Positions 1 through 8,762 of a DNA stretch of 64,000 bases are shown here, one piece after another. The position numbers were made by a program, and so were the translations under genes. The DNA comes from Geopsychrobacteraceae bacterium (GTDB taxonomy: Bacteria; Desulfobacterota; Desulfuromonadia; Desulfuromonadales; Geopsychrobacteraceae), in NCBI GenBank assembly GCA_963662315.1, contig OY759353.1, positions 480,001 through 544,000 on the forward strand. Direction: 5' to 3'. Position 1 is the stretch's first letter. Every line of letters begins with the position of its first letter. The notes under the pieces are model-generated. The model searched no databases. It was not told the DNA's origin and saw only the letters and a program-made list of their open reading frames with translations.

Positions 1-10
1 CCTTAAACGT

Positions 11-607
11 ATGAAACTTCTGGTTGCTACCGGCAATGCCGGTAAACTGAAGGAAATTCGCGCTCTGCTCGCGGATTGCAGCATCGATATCGTTGGTTTG
101 AACGACCTGGATAGTCCTCCTGAAGTTGTTGAAGACGGTAAGACTTTTACTGAAAATGCCTGTAAGAAGGCGAGGGAAATGGCTGCATTCAGTGGTTTAT
201 TAACCCTTGCCGATGATAGTGGCCTGGCGGTAGAGGCTCTTGATGGTGCGCCTGGGGTTCATTCGGCGCGCTATGCTGGAGTGCAAGGGGATGATACGGC
301 GAATAACCGGAAACTCCTTAAGGAGATGGACGCTGTTCCTGATAGCGAACGTAAAGCCGCTTTTATTTGTGTTATGGCCTTGGCGGAGCCTGATGGTTCC
401 TGTCGGACTTTTGACGGGCAGATTTCCGGCCTGTTGCTCAGGGAAGAGCGGGGAACTGGCGGCTTTGGATATGATCCGCTGTTTCTGGTCCCTGAGTATG
501 GCAAGACCACGGCCGAACTTTCGCTGGACATAAAAAATCGGATCAGTCATCGCGGCAACGCATTACGCCAGGTTCTCCCGGTTTTGCAAGAATTGGCAAG
601 GCAATGA
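11..607 (+). CDS. rdgB: Non-canonical purine NTP pyrophosphatase (RdgB/HAM1)
   Basis: [29 protein letters not shown] and KNRISHRG motifs. Confidence 0.96.
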   Translation: MKLLVATGNAGKLKEIRALLADCSIDIVGLNDLDSPPEVVEDGKTFTENACKKAREMAAFSGLLTLADDSGLAVEALDGAPGVHSARYAGVQGDDTANNRKLLKEMDAVPDSERKAAFICVMALAEPDGSCRTFDGQISGLLLREERGTGGFGYDPLFLVPEYGKTTAELSLDIKNRISHRGNALRQVLPVLQELARQ

Positions 608-669
608 CTTGTCCGTTCTGGTTTTTAGTGTCTTTATCTTGAATTTTTTCATAGTAAGGAGAGTTGCTC

Positions 670-1083
670 ATGGAAAGAACCTTTGCAATTATCAAACCAG
701 ATGCTTTTGCCGCGGGTCATGCCGGAAAAATACTTGCCCGCATTTACGAAGAAGGGTTCAAGGTTGTTGGCCTGAAAAAACTCTATATGAGTAAGTTTGA
801 AGCTGAAGGCTTTTATGCGGTTCACAAAGAGCGGCCGTTTTTTGGTGAATTGACCGATTTTATGAGCAGTGGGCCGTGTCTGGTCATGGCTCTTGAAGCT
901 GACGGAGCCATCCGCAAGTGGCGCGACCTGATGGGTGCGACTAATCCGGCTGAGGCTGCCGAAGGGTCTTTGCGGCGTGAGTTCGGAACCTCCCTTGGAA
1001 ATAATGCGACTCACGGTTCTGATGCGCCCGAGACGGCGGCTTTTGAATTGGGCTATTTTTTTAATGGTTTGGAATTGCTTTGA
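670..1083 (+). CDS. ndk: Nucleoside diphosphate kinase
   Basis: [11 protein letters not shown] and NATHGSD motifs; AAGGAG RBS before ATG 670. Confidence 0.98.
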   Translation: MERTFAIIKPDAFAAGHAGKILARIYEEGFKVVGLKKLYMSKFEAEGFYAVHKERPFFGELTDFMSSGPCLVMALEADGAIRKWRDLMGATNPAEAAEGSLRREFGTSLGNNATHGSDAPETAAFELGYFFNGLELL

Positions 1084-1110
1084 TTTTTTGATTAAAAGCT
1101 TGTACATCAC

Positions 1111-1146
1111 AAGGCCCTTCGGTAGAATTTCGGAGGGTTTTTTTTA
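1111..1146 (+). terminator. Rho-independent terminator after ndk
   Basis: GGCCCTTCG/CGGAGGGTT stem with G-U pairs, followed by a T run. Confidence 0.75.
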
Positions 1147-1168
1147 TTGAATGTGAAACGAGGTCTGT

Positions 1169-2200
1169 TTGAATTCCGACAAAATTGACTTAAAAAGTCT
1201 GACCCAGGATGAAATGCAGGACTTTTTAGTCCGTCTTGGTAAAGAAAAGTATCGCACCAAGCAGATTCTGCGCTGGATTTATCAGCGCGGGGTAAGTGAT
1301 TTTGTGCAAATGACCGATCTGGCAAAAGATTTTCGTAGTCAGTTGGAACAGTGTGCCTATGTTTCTGAATGTGTCCCTGAGACTGTCCAGCAGAGCAGTG
1401 ACGGCACCAGGAAATATCTGTTCCGCCTTGCCGACGGTGAAACTGTGGAGGCGGTACGCATTCCCATGGAGGAAGGACGGGGGACCCTGTGTATTTCAAC
1501 TCAGGTCGGTTGCGCCATGGGCTGCCAGTTCTGTATGACGGGGACTTTCGGGTTGATACGCAATTTGTCGCCCGCCGAAATTGTCAACCAGGTATGTGCA
1601 GCGCTTGCAGATGCGCCCATTTCCAATATTGTCTTGATGGGTATGGGGGAGCCTCTGCACAATCTCGATAATGTCGTTCAGGCACTGAAGATTCTCTATC
1701 TTGATGATGGGCTGAGCTTTGGCAGCCGGCGTGTGACCTTGTCAACGTGTGGACTGGTTCCGGGCATTTTGGCTTTGGCGGAACAGATTAAAGTCAATCT
1801 GGCTGTTTCTCTTAATGCGACCACAGATACCTTGCGGGATCAGCTGATGCCGGTCAATAAGCGTTATCCTCTTGCCGAGTTAATGGCCGCCTGTCGTGAG
1901 TTTGCCAACCTGACCAGGCAACGGATCACCTTTGAATATATTCTTATTGGGGGCGTCAATGATTCTATTGCCGATGCAAAGCGGATCGTCAAACTGTTAC
2001 ATGGGGTGCGCAGCAAAGTGAATCTGATCGCTTTTAACGAGCATGAGGGGAGTTCCTTCAAGGCTCCGACCCCGGAGAGTGTTAAAGAATTCCAGACCTA
2101 TCTGTTGCAGCGTAATATTGTTGCAACCTTAAGAGCGAGCAAAGGGCAGGATATTGCGGCTGCCTGTGGCCAACTTAAAGGGCAGCTTGAAAAACATTAA
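1169..2200 (+). CDS. rlmN: 23S rRNA m2A2503/tRNA m2A37 methyltransferase RlmN
   Basis: Radical SAM CAMGCQFC, MGMGEP and C-terminal AACGQL; TTG start after GAGG. Confidence 0.97.
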   Translation: MNSDKIDLKSLTQDEMQDFLVRLGKEKYRTKQILRWIYQRGVSDFVQMTDLAKDFRSQLEQCAYVSECVPETVQQSSDGTRKYLFRLADGETVEAVRIPMEEGRGTLCISTQVGCAMGCQFCMTGTFGLIRNLSPAEIVNQVCAALADAPISNIVLMGMGEPLHNLDNVVQALKILYLDDGLSFGSRRVTLSTCGLVPGILALAEQIKVNLAVSLNATTDTLRDQLMPVNKRYPLAELMAACREFANLTRQRITFEYILIGGVNDSIADAKRIVKLLHGVRSKVNLIAFNEHEGSSFKAPTPESVKEFQTYLLQRNIVATLRASKGQDIAAACGQLKGQLEKH

Positions 2201-2230
2201 TAGCTCACTTTATCGATAAAGGATTATGAT

Positions 2231-3115
2231 ATGAACCAACCGGTCATTGGTGTGATTGGCGGCAGCGGCCTTTACGAAATTGAAGGCTTGACCGACGTTA
2301 AAAAAATTACGGTTGATACGCCATTCGGCTCCCCGTCCGATGTCTATGTCACTGGACGACTTGATGGTGCCAGAATGGTCTTTTTGCCACGCCATGGGCG
2401 CGGACACCGGCTGCTCCCCTCGGAGGTCAATTACCGCGCCAATATCTACGGAATGAAAACCCTTGGTGTTGAACAGATTATCTCGGTGTCTGCGGTAGGC
2501 AGTATGCGCGAAGATATTGAGCCGGGACACATCGTTATTCCTGATCAGTTTTTTGATCGTACCAAAGGACTGCGCGGCTCTACATTTTTTGGCAATGGTG
2601 TGGTTGGTCATGTGCAATTTGCCGATCCTGTCTGCAACGATCTGGCCAACCTGTTATTCAGCGCCGCTCAGGAGATAGGGGCAACCGTGCATAAGGGGGG
2701 GACCTATGTCTGTATTGAAGGACCCAACTTTTCGACTCGGGCCGAATCCAATATCTTCCGCAAATGGGGCGTCGATATTATTGGCATGACCAATATTCCT
2801 GAAGCACGTCTGGCCCGTGAAGCCGAAATCTGCTACGGTACAGTTGCCCTTGCCACAGACTATGACTGCTGGCATGACGGGCATGATGATGTCTCCGTCG
2901 AGGCGGTTATCCAGATTATTCAGCAAAATGTTGCAACCGCACGGAACATTATTAAAACTGCGGCGAAAAAGATTGTCGAGCAGCGCCAGACCCGGTCCTG
3001 CGGCTGCCCGCAGGCCTTGCAGTATGCCATCATGACCGATCATCAATTGATTCCTGCCGAAACCCTGCAGGCTCTGGCGCCGATTATCGGTAAATATGTA
3101 TCCCGTAAGGATTGA
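2231..3115 (+). CDS. mtnP: S-methyl-5'-thioadenosine phosphorylase
   Basis: IGVIGGSGLY, TPFGSPS, FLPRHG, EGPNFSTRAES and TDYDCW motifs. Confidence 0.93.
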   Translation: MNQPVIGVIGGSGLYEIEGLTDVKKITVDTPFGSPSDVYVTGRLDGARMVFLPRHGRGHRLLPSEVNYRANIYGMKTLGVEQIISVSAVGSMREDIEPGHIVIPDQFFDRTKGLRGSTFFGNGVVGHVQFADPVCNDLANLLFSAAQEIGATVHKGGTYVCIEGPNFSTRAESNIFRKWGVDIIGMTNIPEARLAREAEICYGTVALATDYDCWHDGHDDVSVEAVIQIIQQNVATARNIIKTAAKKIVEQRQTRSCGCPQALQYAIMTDHQLIPAETLQALAPIIGKYVSRKD

Positions 3116-3120
3116 ATGAT

Positions 3121-4032
3121 ATGAGTATTCTTGTTGTTGGCAGTGTCGCTTTTGATTCAATAACCACCCCCTTTGGTGAGGTTGATAACGCTCTGGGCGG
3201 TTCGGCCTGTTATTTTTCGACCTCGGCCAGTTTTTTCACCGATGTTCAATTGGTCGCTGTTATTGGTCAGGACTTCCCGCAACAGCATCTTGATTTTCTT
3301 AACAGTCGTAATATTGATCTGACCGGACTACAGACTGCAAAAGGTGAAACTTTTAGGTGGAAAGGGCGCTATGAATACGATCTGAATGAGGCGCACACCC
3401 TGGAAACACATTTGAATGTGTTTGAATCGTTCAAGCCCCAATTGCCTGACGCCTATCGGGACGCTGAATATGTCTTCCTTGCCAATATAGACCCGGAACT
3501 GCAGCTTGAAGTTTTGCGGCAGGTCAATAATCCCAAGCTTGTCGCTTGTGATACGATGAACTTCTGGATAGCGGGAAAACGTGATGAACTGATCAGAACA
3601 TTGGGTAAGGTTGATATTCTCGTTATCAATGAAGCGGAAGTCAGGCAGCTGGCAGAAGAACCTAATTTGATGAAGGCAGCTCAAATCGTCCGCAGCTTCG
3701 GGCCCAAGACCCTGGTGGTGAAGCGTGGTGAGTACGGGGTCCTGATGTTCGGTGACGGATCGGTGTTCAGTGCTCCTGCCTATCCCCTCGAAGAAGTTTT
3801 TGACCCGACCGGTGCCGGTGATACCTTTGCCGGCGGGTTTATCGGTTATCTTGCCGCTACCCGGAATCTGGATGAGGCGAATTTGCGTAAAGCGACTGTG
3901 TTCGGGACGGTCATGGCCTCCTTTACGGTCGAAAAATTCAGTCTTGACCGGCTGAAAGAAATTGATCATCAGGAAATATCTGATCGTTATCGCAAAATCA
4001 AGTTGTTAACGGAATTTGCTGATATCGATTAA
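3121..4032 (+). CDS. PfkB/ribokinase family sugar or nucleoside kinase
   Basis: GGSA motif near the N-terminus and DPTGAGDTFAGGF PfkB signature. Confidence 0.9.
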   Translation: MSILVVGSVAFDSITTPFGEVDNALGGSACYFSTSASFFTDVQLVAVIGQDFPQQHLDFLNSRNIDLTGLQTAKGETFRWKGRYEYDLNEAHTLETHLNVFESFKPQLPDAYRDAEYVFLANIDPELQLEVLRQVNNPKLVACDTMNFWIAGKRDELIRTLGKVDILVINEAEVRQLAEEPNLMKAAQIVRSFGPKTLVVKRGEYGVLMFGDGSVFSAPAYPLEEVFDPTGAGDTFAGGFIGYLAATRNLDEANLRKATVFGTVMASFTVEKFSLDRLKEIDHQEISDRYRKIKLLTEFADID

Positions 4033-4066
4033 ATGTGTTGATTGTTTTCGGGACGAGGTTGCTATC

Positions 4067-4558
4067 GTGTTTGTTCAACATAAAAATTTGAAATCTCTGT
4101 CGATATCAGCGTCCAAAGTGACCCATCTGCATGCTGCCTCCAGTAGTGTTCAGTTGGCTTTTGCCGGATTTCCACCACAATTATGCAGTGCTTATCTGGT
4201 TTGGGTCAGCAGTGGTGACAAAAGCCTTATCGTTATCGGGTTTTATCTGAAAGAAAGTGAGTGTTCAGTGTTTTTTGTTCCCAAGGGCGGTGAGGTCCTG
4301 TCTACGCAGGCTCTTGAGGTTTATCAGCATGGACTCAATTTTGTTGAGTCTATGGGGTTCGTCCTTGGAGAAACTGATTTTCATCTGATGCCGGCTGCGA
4401 AGAAGGAAAGGTTCTGGAATTCGTTACCGATCAGCCAGTTACCCAAAAAACTGAGCGACGCAACACCGCAAAGTGCCACGCCTGTTGAAGATGCCAGAAG
4501 TCAAGAAATTCGTAAACAGTGCCGGGCCAGTTTAGGCCGTTTTTTGTCAGGGATGTGA
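4067..4558 (+). CDS. Hypothetical protein, resembling the protein encoded upstream of myxobacterial tgl
   Basis: GAGG RBS then GTG; fills the gap in the operon; FVESMGF and LGRFLS motifs recalled from myxobacterial homologues. Confidence 0.7.
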   Translation: MFVQHKNLKSLSISASKVTHLHAASSSVQLAFAGFPPQLCSAYLVWVSSGDKSLIVIGFYLKESECSVFFVPKGGEVLSTQALEVYQHGLNFVESMGFVLGETDFHLMPAAKKERFWNSLPISQLPKKLSDATPQSATPVEDARSQEIRKQCRASLGRFLSGM

Positions 4559-4575
4559 GCATCCGGAGGAGGAAC

Positions 4576-5337
4576 ATGGGTTTTATCTATCAATGGATCA
4601 GCATCGTATTGTTCGTGGTGCTGGTGGGGTGTGCCCCGGCAACAAACGGGAGCAAGGATTCCCGCCAGGCTCAGGCTGATATGCATTTTAAGCTTGCAGC
4701 CGCACATCTGCAGAACAATAATCCCACTTATGCTCTTAAGGAGTTGTTGTCGGCTGTCGAACTGGATCCTGATAACAGTGAAATTCATGTGGCCCTCGCA
4801 CAGGCTTACCAGAAAAAAAATGCGTATAATCAGGCAGAAACCCATTATTTCAAAGCGCTTTCACTGTCTCCCGACAATCCGCGCTATCAGAACAATCTGG
4901 GAGCGCTTTACCTGGATATGAAGCAGTGGGATCAGGCCATTGAGTATTTCGACAAGGCTGCCGCCAATCTGCTGTTTCTCAATGTTCATATTGCTGTGAC
5001 CGGGAAAGGGTATGCCTACTTTCAAAAACAGAATTACCCGCAAGCGCTTGCCGCATACAAGGAAGCCGAACGGCTGGCCCCGCGTTACGCCATCGCCTAC
5101 TTTTACGAAAGTGAAGTTTACCGGGTGACCGGTCAGTCGGATAAGGAGCAGATTGCCTTGTCTAAGGTCATTGATCTTGCGCCACAGTATCTTGATGCTC
5201 GCTACCGGTTTGCGGTGTTGTTGGCCCAAAATAATGATCTTGCCGGTGCTCGTGAACAGCTGCAGACCATCATCAACCGAGCACCTGTTTCAGAGATCGG
5301 AGTGAAGGCTCGTGATATGTTAAAGGTCCTGAAATGA
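4576..5337 (+). CDS. TPR lipoprotein, type IV pilus secretin pilotin (Tgl/PilW/PilF-like)
   Basis: GGAGG RBS; hydrophobic signal with lipobox LVGC; tandem TPRs (YQNNLGALY); same operon as ndk-rlmN. Confidence 0.8.
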   Translation: MGFIYQWISIVLFVVLVGCAPATNGSKDSRQAQADMHFKLAAAHLQNNNPTYALKELLSAVELDPDNSEIHVALAQAYQKKNAYNQAETHYFKALSLSPDNPRYQNNLGALYLDMKQWDQAIEYFDKAAANLLFLNVHIAVTGKGYAYFQKQNYPQALAAYKEAERLAPRYAIAYFYESEVYRVTGQSDKEQIALSKVIDLAPQYLDARYRFAVLLAQNNDLAGAREQLQTIINRAPVSEIGVKARDMLKVLK

Positions 5338-5362
5338 TACCGGATGCAGGTGTTGTGACGAG

Positions 5363-5875
5363 ATGATTATCCAGTGCCCCCAATGCCAGTCACGTTATCG
5401 GATTAAAGATCCTTCTGCAGCGAATAAGGCTGCTACAGCCACCTGCCCCAAATGCCATGAGCGTTTTGTTGCTGAAGCGCATCAGGTCAGAGAGGGTGGC
5501 GCAACGGCCAAGTCGATTCTGGTTGTGGATGATGCGCAGTTTTTTCGTGAACTGATTTTTGATATTCTTTCTGGCCAGGAGTACCAGCTGGTTGAGGCAG
5601 AAAATGCCCAACAGGCTTGGCAGGCGATAACCACACAGAGCTTTGATTTGATTATTGTCGATGTCAACCTGCCAGAGGTCAGCGGTTACGCATTTATCCA
5701 GAAGGTTCGTCAGCAACCGCAGTTTATTGATTTGCCGATTTTGTGTATCAGCGGTATTCACCGCCGAGAGGATGATTTTGCCAAAGCAATAAGAGCCGGC
5801 GCCAACGACTTCACCACCAAATCCTTTAATCCCGACGATTTTCGTTCACGGGTCAGGAAGCTTGTTCATGGTTGA
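5363..5875 (+). CDS. MJ0042-type zinc-ribbon plus response regulator receiver fusion
   Basis: CPQC...CPKC N-terminus; ILVVDD, DLIIVDVNLP and FTTKSF receiver motifs. Confidence 0.88.
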   Translation: MIIQCPQCQSRYRIKDPSAANKAATATCPKCHERFVAEAHQVREGGATAKSILVVDDAQFFRELIFDILSGQEYQLVEAENAQQAWQAITTQSFDLIIVDVNLPEVSGYAFIQKVRQQPQFIDLPILCISGIHRREDDFAKAIRAGANDFTTKSFNPDDFRSRVRKLVHG

Positions 5876-6686
5876 ATGCCTTGACGAAATCGAACCTGCT
5901 GCCGCGGCTCTGCGGGCGGCTTTTCCTGAGCGCTTCCCCGCCGTCGCCGTTGTGCTGGGTTCGGGCTTCTCCGGTATTGTCGATGAGTTGACGGATACAC
6001 TTGCGGTCTCTTACGCCGATCTTCCCGGTTTTGTTCCGGCAGGTGTCGCCGGGCATGCAGGTGTTGTTTACAGTGGTCGTCTGTTCGGTCATGATGTGCT
6101 GTTGTTTTCTGGGCGTTATCATGTCTACGAGGGGTATTCCGCCTGGCAGGTAACGGCTCTGGTCCGGTTGGCTGCCGCCTTTGGTTGCAAGCGTCTGCTG
6201 CTGACCAATGCCGTTGGTGGTATTGCTGATCAGATGAATGTCGGAGATTTTATGCTGGTCTCAGATCATATCAACCTCACCGGTCTTAATCCCTTTGTCG
6301 GGCAAAACAGCATAGGCTTTCCTGATCTGCATAACCTTTATCGAACCGATTTCTATGCGGAACTTAGAGACCGGTTGCTCAACAATAGCGGGACTGTTCT
6401 CCATACGGGTACACTGGCCTGGTTAACCGGGCCGACCTATGAGACTCCGGCTGAAATTCGTATGCTGGAAGTCATTGGCTGTGCTGCTGTATCAATGTCG
6501 ACGGTCCCTGAAGCGATTGTTGCCAAAACTCTTCACTTAGATCTGATTACCTTATCTTTTGTCGCCAATCAGGCGGCGGGCAAATGTTCTCAGCCATTAA
6601 CGCATCAGGATGTGCTTGATTCAGCCGAGCGCGCCCAGCATAAAGCCATTGACATCGTCGGCCAATTATTTGCCTGCTGGCTATGA
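5868..6686 (+). CDS. Purine nucleoside phosphorylase (PNP I/xanthosine phosphorylase family)
   Basis: VLGSG, VAGHAG, GRYHVYEG, DHINL, GPTYETPAE and MSTVPE motifs. Confidence 0.93.
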   Translation: MVECLDEIEPAAAALRAAFPERFPAVAVVLGSGFSGIVDELTDTLAVSYADLPGFVPAGVAGHAGVVYSGRLFGHDVLLFSGRYHVYEGYSAWQVTALVRLAAAFGCKRLLLTNAVGGIADQMNVGDFMLVSDHINLTGLNPFVGQNSIGFPDLHNLYRTDFYAELRDRLLNNSGTVLHTGTLAWLTGPTYETPAEIRMLEVIGCAAVSMSTVPEAIVAKTLHLDLITLSFVANQAAGKCSQPLTHQDVLDSAERAQHKAIDIVGQLFACWL

Positions 6687-6760
6687 TTCCCGTTCCGTTC
6701 CACTTCAATTCAAAAATATAGGTAGTTGAAATATCGGTAGGTTAGCTGATTTTGGCTGGC

Positions 6761-6788
6761 TTGACAGCAAAACATTCGGTGTTAAACT
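6761..6788 (+). promoter_or_regulatory. Candidate sigma70 promoter for the USP gene
   Basis: TTGACA-16 bp-TAAACT with TG extended -10. Confidence 0.55.
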
Positions 6789-6901
6789 GAAAATAGACAG
6801 ACGCTCTTAATTATCAGAGCTGCCTGCTCGCTCAGGGGCTGCACATGGACATGAATTGTGAGCCCTGCGCCTCGGACAAGCCAACAAGAGAGGAGGTTCT
6901 C

Positions 6902-7354
6902 ATGAAAGACTTTTCAACAGTTCTGGTTGCTATCGATTTTTCAGACAGTTCGGATAATGCATTTCAGCATGCCCTGAGTATTGCCAAAAAATACGCAGCA
7001 AAGCTTCTTGTTTTACATGTAATTAATGAACCCGTTGACCTGCGCGGTTTTTACGTGCCGCATATCAGCTTTGAAAAGCTTGAGGAAGAGATTGAAGAAG
7101 GTGCCAATAAGATGATGGAAAGCTTCTGCCGTCAGCACCTTAGTGAGTTCAGCAACTATGAAAGCTTCATTGTTTCCGGTATGCCTTACGAACAGATTAT
7201 TAATCAAGGCGTAGAAAAAGGAGCCGATCTCATTGTCCTTGGGACCCATGGTCGTACCGGTCTTGATCATGTCCTGTTTGGCAGTACTGCTGCAAAGGTT
7301 GTTCGTAAGTCAACATTGCCGGTGTTGACGGTACGCCTTGAAGAGGCTGAATAG
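6902..7354 (+). CDS. Universal stress protein
   Basis: VLVAIDFS and DLIVLGTHGRTGLDHVLFGS motifs; GGAGG RBS before ATG 6902. Confidence 0.95.
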   Translation: MKDFSTVLVAIDFSDSSDNAFQHALSIAKKYAAKLLVLHVINEPVDLRGFYVPHISFEKLEEEIEEGANKMMESFCRQHLSEFSNYESFIVSGMPYEQIINQGVEKGADLIVLGTHGRTGLDHVLFGSTAAKVVRKSTLPVLTVRLEEAE

Positions 7355-7421
7355 TCCTGCTGCGCCTCAGGAAAGATGAAGCCTGATCTTTCCTAATGGG
7401 TAATTCCCCCTGAATCAGTCT

Positions 7422-7460
7422 ATACGCCAAGGCTTCTGGTGTGCCTTGGCGTATTTTCTT
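7422..7460 (+). terminator. Rho-independent terminator after the USP gene
   Basis: Perfect 12-bp stem ATACGCCAAGGC/GCCTTGGCGTAT followed by TTTCTT. Confidence 0.8.
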
Positions 7461-7560
7461 GCCGTTGCTACTTATTTTTATGCCTGGTGTCGGAGTCATC
7501 ACTTGCCTTCCAGAATTGTCGCAGGTATGCTGTTTTCTTTTGCGTTAAACGGATGAAAAT

Positions 7561-8760
7561 ATGCAGCAGCCGAACCCCTTTCCCGGCGAAAAAATTCTGA
7601 TAGTTGATGATGAGAAAATCATTGTCGAGCTGGCTTCCCTGTTGTTGAAAAAACGTGGCTTTGAAGTGTTTACTGCTGCTGACGGACGGGAATGCCTTAC
7701 TCTGGTCGCACAACATAAGCCAGCAATCGTACTCCTTGATTATATGATGCCGGTACTGAATGGTCTTGATACTCTGCGTGAAATCACCCTGCGCTATCCG
7801 GAAACCTATGTCATCATGTTTACCGGCAAAGGGAGTGAAGACACCGCCGTTGAAGTCATGAAGGCGGGGGCCGCAGATTATATACAGAAACCATTTGCCA
7901 AGAACAGTCTGCAGGAACGGATCGCGTCTGTTCTGTCTCGCCGTCATCTTGATCTGCAGAATAAAGCGTTAATGAAAGAGCGCGAACTGTTGCAGCGCGA
8001 AATCAAAGAATGGAACAGTGAACTCGAGCAGCGGGTCAAGCAGAAAAGTCTCGAACTGGAACGGGCGCAAAAGGAGATTGTGCAGGCTGAGAAACTTGCG
8101 ACGCTAGGCCATGTGATTGCTGGCATGGCCCATGATATTCGCAACCCCCTTAACTCGATCAATCTATATGCGGAATTGTTGAAATCAGATGATACTTTGA
8201 CTGCAGAACAATCAGATTTTATAGATAAGATTTCGGACGAAGTTGAGCGTATTGAAAATATTCTGCGCACGATGCTTGATTCTCGGGGGACTCGTCAGCC
8301 CTTGCGTGAACCAATTTCTTTGTCGGAATTGTTGCGCAAGGTCTTGCAGGATTATCAACCGCGCATCTGTTCCCAGAATATTTCCCTGCTTGCTGAAATT
8401 GACGATCAGTGTCCTTCCTTTATTGGCAACCTGCATGAATTTGAACAGGTCTTTGTCAACCTGATCAGCAATGCACTGTTTGAGATGCCTGACGGTGGTG
8501 TGCTGAAGGTCGCCCTCACTGCAGCTGATAACGGCCTGCGTCTCGTTGTTCAGGATTCTGGAAAAGGGATTCCCCAGGGGCTTGAAACTCAAATTTTTGA
8601 ACCCTTTTTTACGACCAAGGATAAAGGGACCGGGTTTGGTCTGTCGGTGGTCCGGCGGGTTGTCAAAGCCTATGGTGGATCAGTTGTTGCCCATAACACT
8701 GAGGGGTTGGGGGCTTGTTTTGTCGTTACAATGCCACTGTTAATGATTACGGAACACTAG
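7561..8760 (+). CDS. Hybrid receiver-coiled coil-histidine kinase
   Basis: Receiver (ILIVDD, LLDYMMP, YIQKPF); H-box AHDIRNPL; N, G1, F (FEPFFTTK) and G2 (GTGFGL) boxes. Confidence 0.93.
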   Translation: MQQPNPFPGEKILIVDDEKIIVELASLLLKKRGFEVFTAADGRECLTLVAQHKPAIVLLDYMMPVLNGLDTLREITLRYPETYVIMFTGKGSEDTAVEVMKAGAADYIQKPFAKNSLQERIASVLSRRHLDLQNKALMKERELLQREIKEWNSELEQRVKQKSLELERAQKEIVQAEKLATLGHVIAGMAHDIRNPLNSINLYAELLKSDDTLTAEQSDFIDKISDEVERIENILRTMLDSRGTRQPLREPISLSELLRKVLQDYQPRICSQNISLLAEIDDQCPSFIGNLHEFEQVFVNLISNALFEMPDGGVLKVALTAADNGLRLVVQDSGKGIPQGLETQIFEPFFTTKDKGTGFGLSVVRRVVKAYGGSVVAHNTEGLGACFVVTMPLLMITEH

Positions 8761-8762
8761 TC

